Shown in pieces: positions 62,237-64,000 of a stretch of DNA of 64,000 bases. Every line of letters starts with the position of its first letter. Position 1 is the first letter of the stretch. Source of the stretch: a virus; the IMG/VR virus record IMGVR_UViG_3300025018_000101, positions 64,001 to 128,000 of that record; one strand, given 5' to 3'. The notes beneath the pieces were generated by a model, which ran no database searches, was not told the origin of the DNA, and worked only from the letters and a program-made list of their open reading frames with translations. The position numbers and the translations under genes are program-made.

Positions 62237-62592
62237 ATGACCCCGTCTCAAGGGCTCGGGCGCACTTCTACACCCGCGGGGTGCAGCTCGAGAGACGGGG
62301 TGGCCACCAGGACGCCCTCCTGCTGGCGGTCCGAGTCCGCGAGCTGCAGGAGATGCAGGCGAGAGAGCGTCTCGAGACCCGCCGCGCCATCCTCCTGGCG
62401 TCCGCCATGCCCGGCGGCAACCCGTCGGTCGGCATGCAGATGTCGGAGGAGTACGACCGCTACGTCTCCGCCCTGTGGGAACTGCAGTGGACGCCCGAGT
62501 ACGCTCTGAAGAACCTTCAGGAGAAGATCCGGCGAGCCGAGCGCCTGCGGCGTGACGCCGCCGTCATCGCCAGGGTCGAGGCGATGGGTTGA
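62227..62592 (+). CDS. -1 frameshift extension (gpT-like) of the 61601 gene
   Basis: The -1 frame is open from the heptamer at 62227 (FLNDPVSRARAHFYTRGVQ...) to the stop at 62592; no convincing RBS/start of its own. Confidence 0.6.
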   Translation, partial: GFLNDPVSRARAHFYTRGVQLERRGGHQDALLLAVRVRELQEMQARERLETRRAILLASAMPGGNPSVGMQMSEEYDRYVSALWELQWTPEYALKNLQEKIRRAERLRRDAAVIARVEAMG

Positions 62593-63202
62593 CAGGCGCC
62601 TTGTCGGTCTCCCGCCCGATGGACCGGAGCGCCTCTTCGAACAGTCGCAGGATGCTCCCCCCGACGTCGCTCACGTCGGAGGCGGGCATCGTCACGAGCT
62701 CGCTCGCCTCCCGGCCCGGGTGGTCCAGGTGCGCGAACGACAGAAAGTTAACCACCGGGCGGCTCTCAGACTCGTCCCAGAGCAGGACTCGGCCCCAGCA
62801 AAGGTCGACGTCGACGCTCCAGTTCAGGTTGGAGACGCTCAGATCCAGCACCAGCATCGCCGTCCGGCACGTGTCGGGCACGCCCGGCTCAGCGGGCCAC
62901 ACCCCGCCCACACGAGCGTAGGTCCACAACTCCGCGTCTCTCCGCCCGTGGTGGCCCGTGTATGCGTTGTACGCCCGGGACCACCCCCGCCAGGGGGTCC
63001 ATGGGTGGACCGTCCCCTGTAGCGCACCGGTGACGCGGTGCACCGCAGCGCTCAGGCAGTCCGCCGAGATAGGGCTGTCCGCGCTGTCGAGTGCCGCGTT
63101 GAGCAGGCCGCATAGCCGCTCGCATTCGGAAGCGAGCAGGTAGTCGACCCTCGCGAGGTCGGCGTCCGTGTCGGCAAAGTTGTTCTCCATACGGCCCCCC
63201 AT
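62564..63202 (-). CDS. Hypothetical protein
   Basis: 212-aa ORF; start 63202 or 63190. Confidence 0.65.
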   Translation of the reverse strand: MGGRMENNFADTDADLARVDYLLASECERLCGLLNAALDSADSPISADCLSAAVHRVTGALQGTVHPWTPWRGWSRAYNAYTGHHGRRDAELWTYARVGGVWPAEPGVPDTCRTAMLVLDLSVSNLNWSVDVDLCWGRVLLWDESESRPVVNFLSFAHLDHPGREASELVTMPASDVSDVGGSILRLFEEALRSIGRETDKAPVNPSPRPWR

Positions 63203-63239
63203 TGTGTTGTGGGCCCCGAGGGGCCCGTGGTTGTTTCGA

Positions 63240-64000
63240 CTACGGCTTCAGGAAGCCGTGGTCGTACACGCCCGCCCGAAGGCGCGACGAGAGCAGCTTG
63301 TAGGCCGCCTGCAGGTCCGCCCACTCAGCGGGGAACTGGTCGCGGAAGTAGTGTTTCAGCGCGTAAACACCGGCGTCCCACGCCCCCAGGTGCAGCTCCG
63401 GCCGCCCGGCCGCCCAGTCCTCCCGCCCGGGCACGGACAAGTGCCACAGCGCCGTCAGGGCGTCGAGCACCGCCTGCGCGTCAGGCGACAGCTGGAGTTC
63501 CTGGAGCAGAGACGCCATGTACGGCGTCCCGGCCGCCTCCCACACCGCGACCGGCTCGGACGAGGGCTTCGGGACGAGGTACCCAGCGGGGAACTGCTTG
63601 CAGTCCCTGTAGAGGTTCTTCGTCCGCGGCGTGTCGAAGGCCGCGAGCACGTCCTGGCGAGAGAGCCAGAACATGTGGTTGCTGATGGTCCAGGCCTTGT
63701 CCTTGTACTGCACGGTGCGCATGGCCGTGCAGTTGTTGCTCGGGTGAAGCAGGGCGTAGACGTGGCAGTCGTTCACCCAGAGCTCGTAGGCGTCGGTGCC
63801 CTGACTGTGGGGCTCGAGGTACTCGTCCTTCTGGTTGAGCCAGGTCTCGGCGACGAGCTTGCGGGCGGCGAAGAGGGCGATGGCGCGGCGCCAGTTGTCG
63901 GGCGTCAGATCGAAGTGGCGGTGTCCCTTGTCCGTGGGCTTTCCGGCCAGTAGGTACACGTCCGTGCCGGAATTCATGACGTTGTTGCCCTTGTTGCACA
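63240..64000 (-). CDS. C-terminal part of a probable adenine methyltransferase / restriction-modification-like protein (5'-truncated by window edge)
   Basis: Frame is open to base 64000; NDCHVYALLHPSN, NHMFW, LSPDAQAVLD, WDAGVYAL, VYDHGFL recalled from such proteins; catalytic motifs are not in the window. Confidence 0.45.
   Translation of the reverse strand, partial: CNKGNNVMNSGTDVYLLAGKPTDKGHRHFDLTPDNWRRAIALFAARKLVAETWLNQKDEYLEPHSQGTDAYELWVNDCHVYALLHPSNNCTAMRTVQYKDKAWTISNHMFWLSRQDVLAAFDTPRTKNLYRDCKQFPAGYLVPKPSSEPVAVWEAAGTPYMASLLQELQLSPDAQAVLDALTALWHLSVPGREDWAAGRPELHLGAWDAGVYALKHYFRDQFPAEWADLQAAYKLLSSRLRAGVYDHGFLKP

Noticed and set aside
1-64000. Stop-codon reassignment, tRNA or rRNA genes
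   Set aside because: TAG, TGA and TAA all end genes with tight coupling to the next start; no cloverleaf or rRNA-like sequence was recognised by eye (tRNAscan-SE/Infernal not run).

Overview
This is a 64 kb segment of a very GC-rich, large tailed-phage genome (contractile tail; host unknown). The + strand from 1 to 37.8 kb carries a phage-encoded multisubunit RNA polymerase and the virion module. The polymerase is an intein-containing beta/beta' N-half fusion plus a separate beta' C-half. The virion module comprises many unannotated head-region proteins, a prohead protease, major capsid protein, neck proteins, tail sheath, tube, spike and a holin-like protein. From 37.8 to 64 kb the genes are mostly small and on the - strand (endolysin, lytic transglycosylase, 5'-3' exonuclease, two-frame C5 DNA methyltransferase, HAD and DHH phosphoesterases), with three + strand islands. 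Best candidate for an undescribed system: about 15 head-region proteins in which many or nearly all lysines sit in a K-x-A(/S/G) motif. These motifs precisely bracket repeated peptides and paralogous glycine-zipper membrane modules, and they lie next to a protease with its own hydrophobic hairpin. I infer a protease-processed polyprotein cargo and membrane-module system in the head. Other notable signals are: a diverged ~260 bp non-coding inverted repeat pair flanking an oppositely oriented cassette; a shared 15-aa N-terminal tag on two cassette proteins; a predicted -1 frameshift chaperone pair far from the tail operon; a 916 bp tandem duplication with an in-frame junction; and a 17-aa orphan peptide gene. 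All protein calls come from motif recognition by eye; no database search was run.
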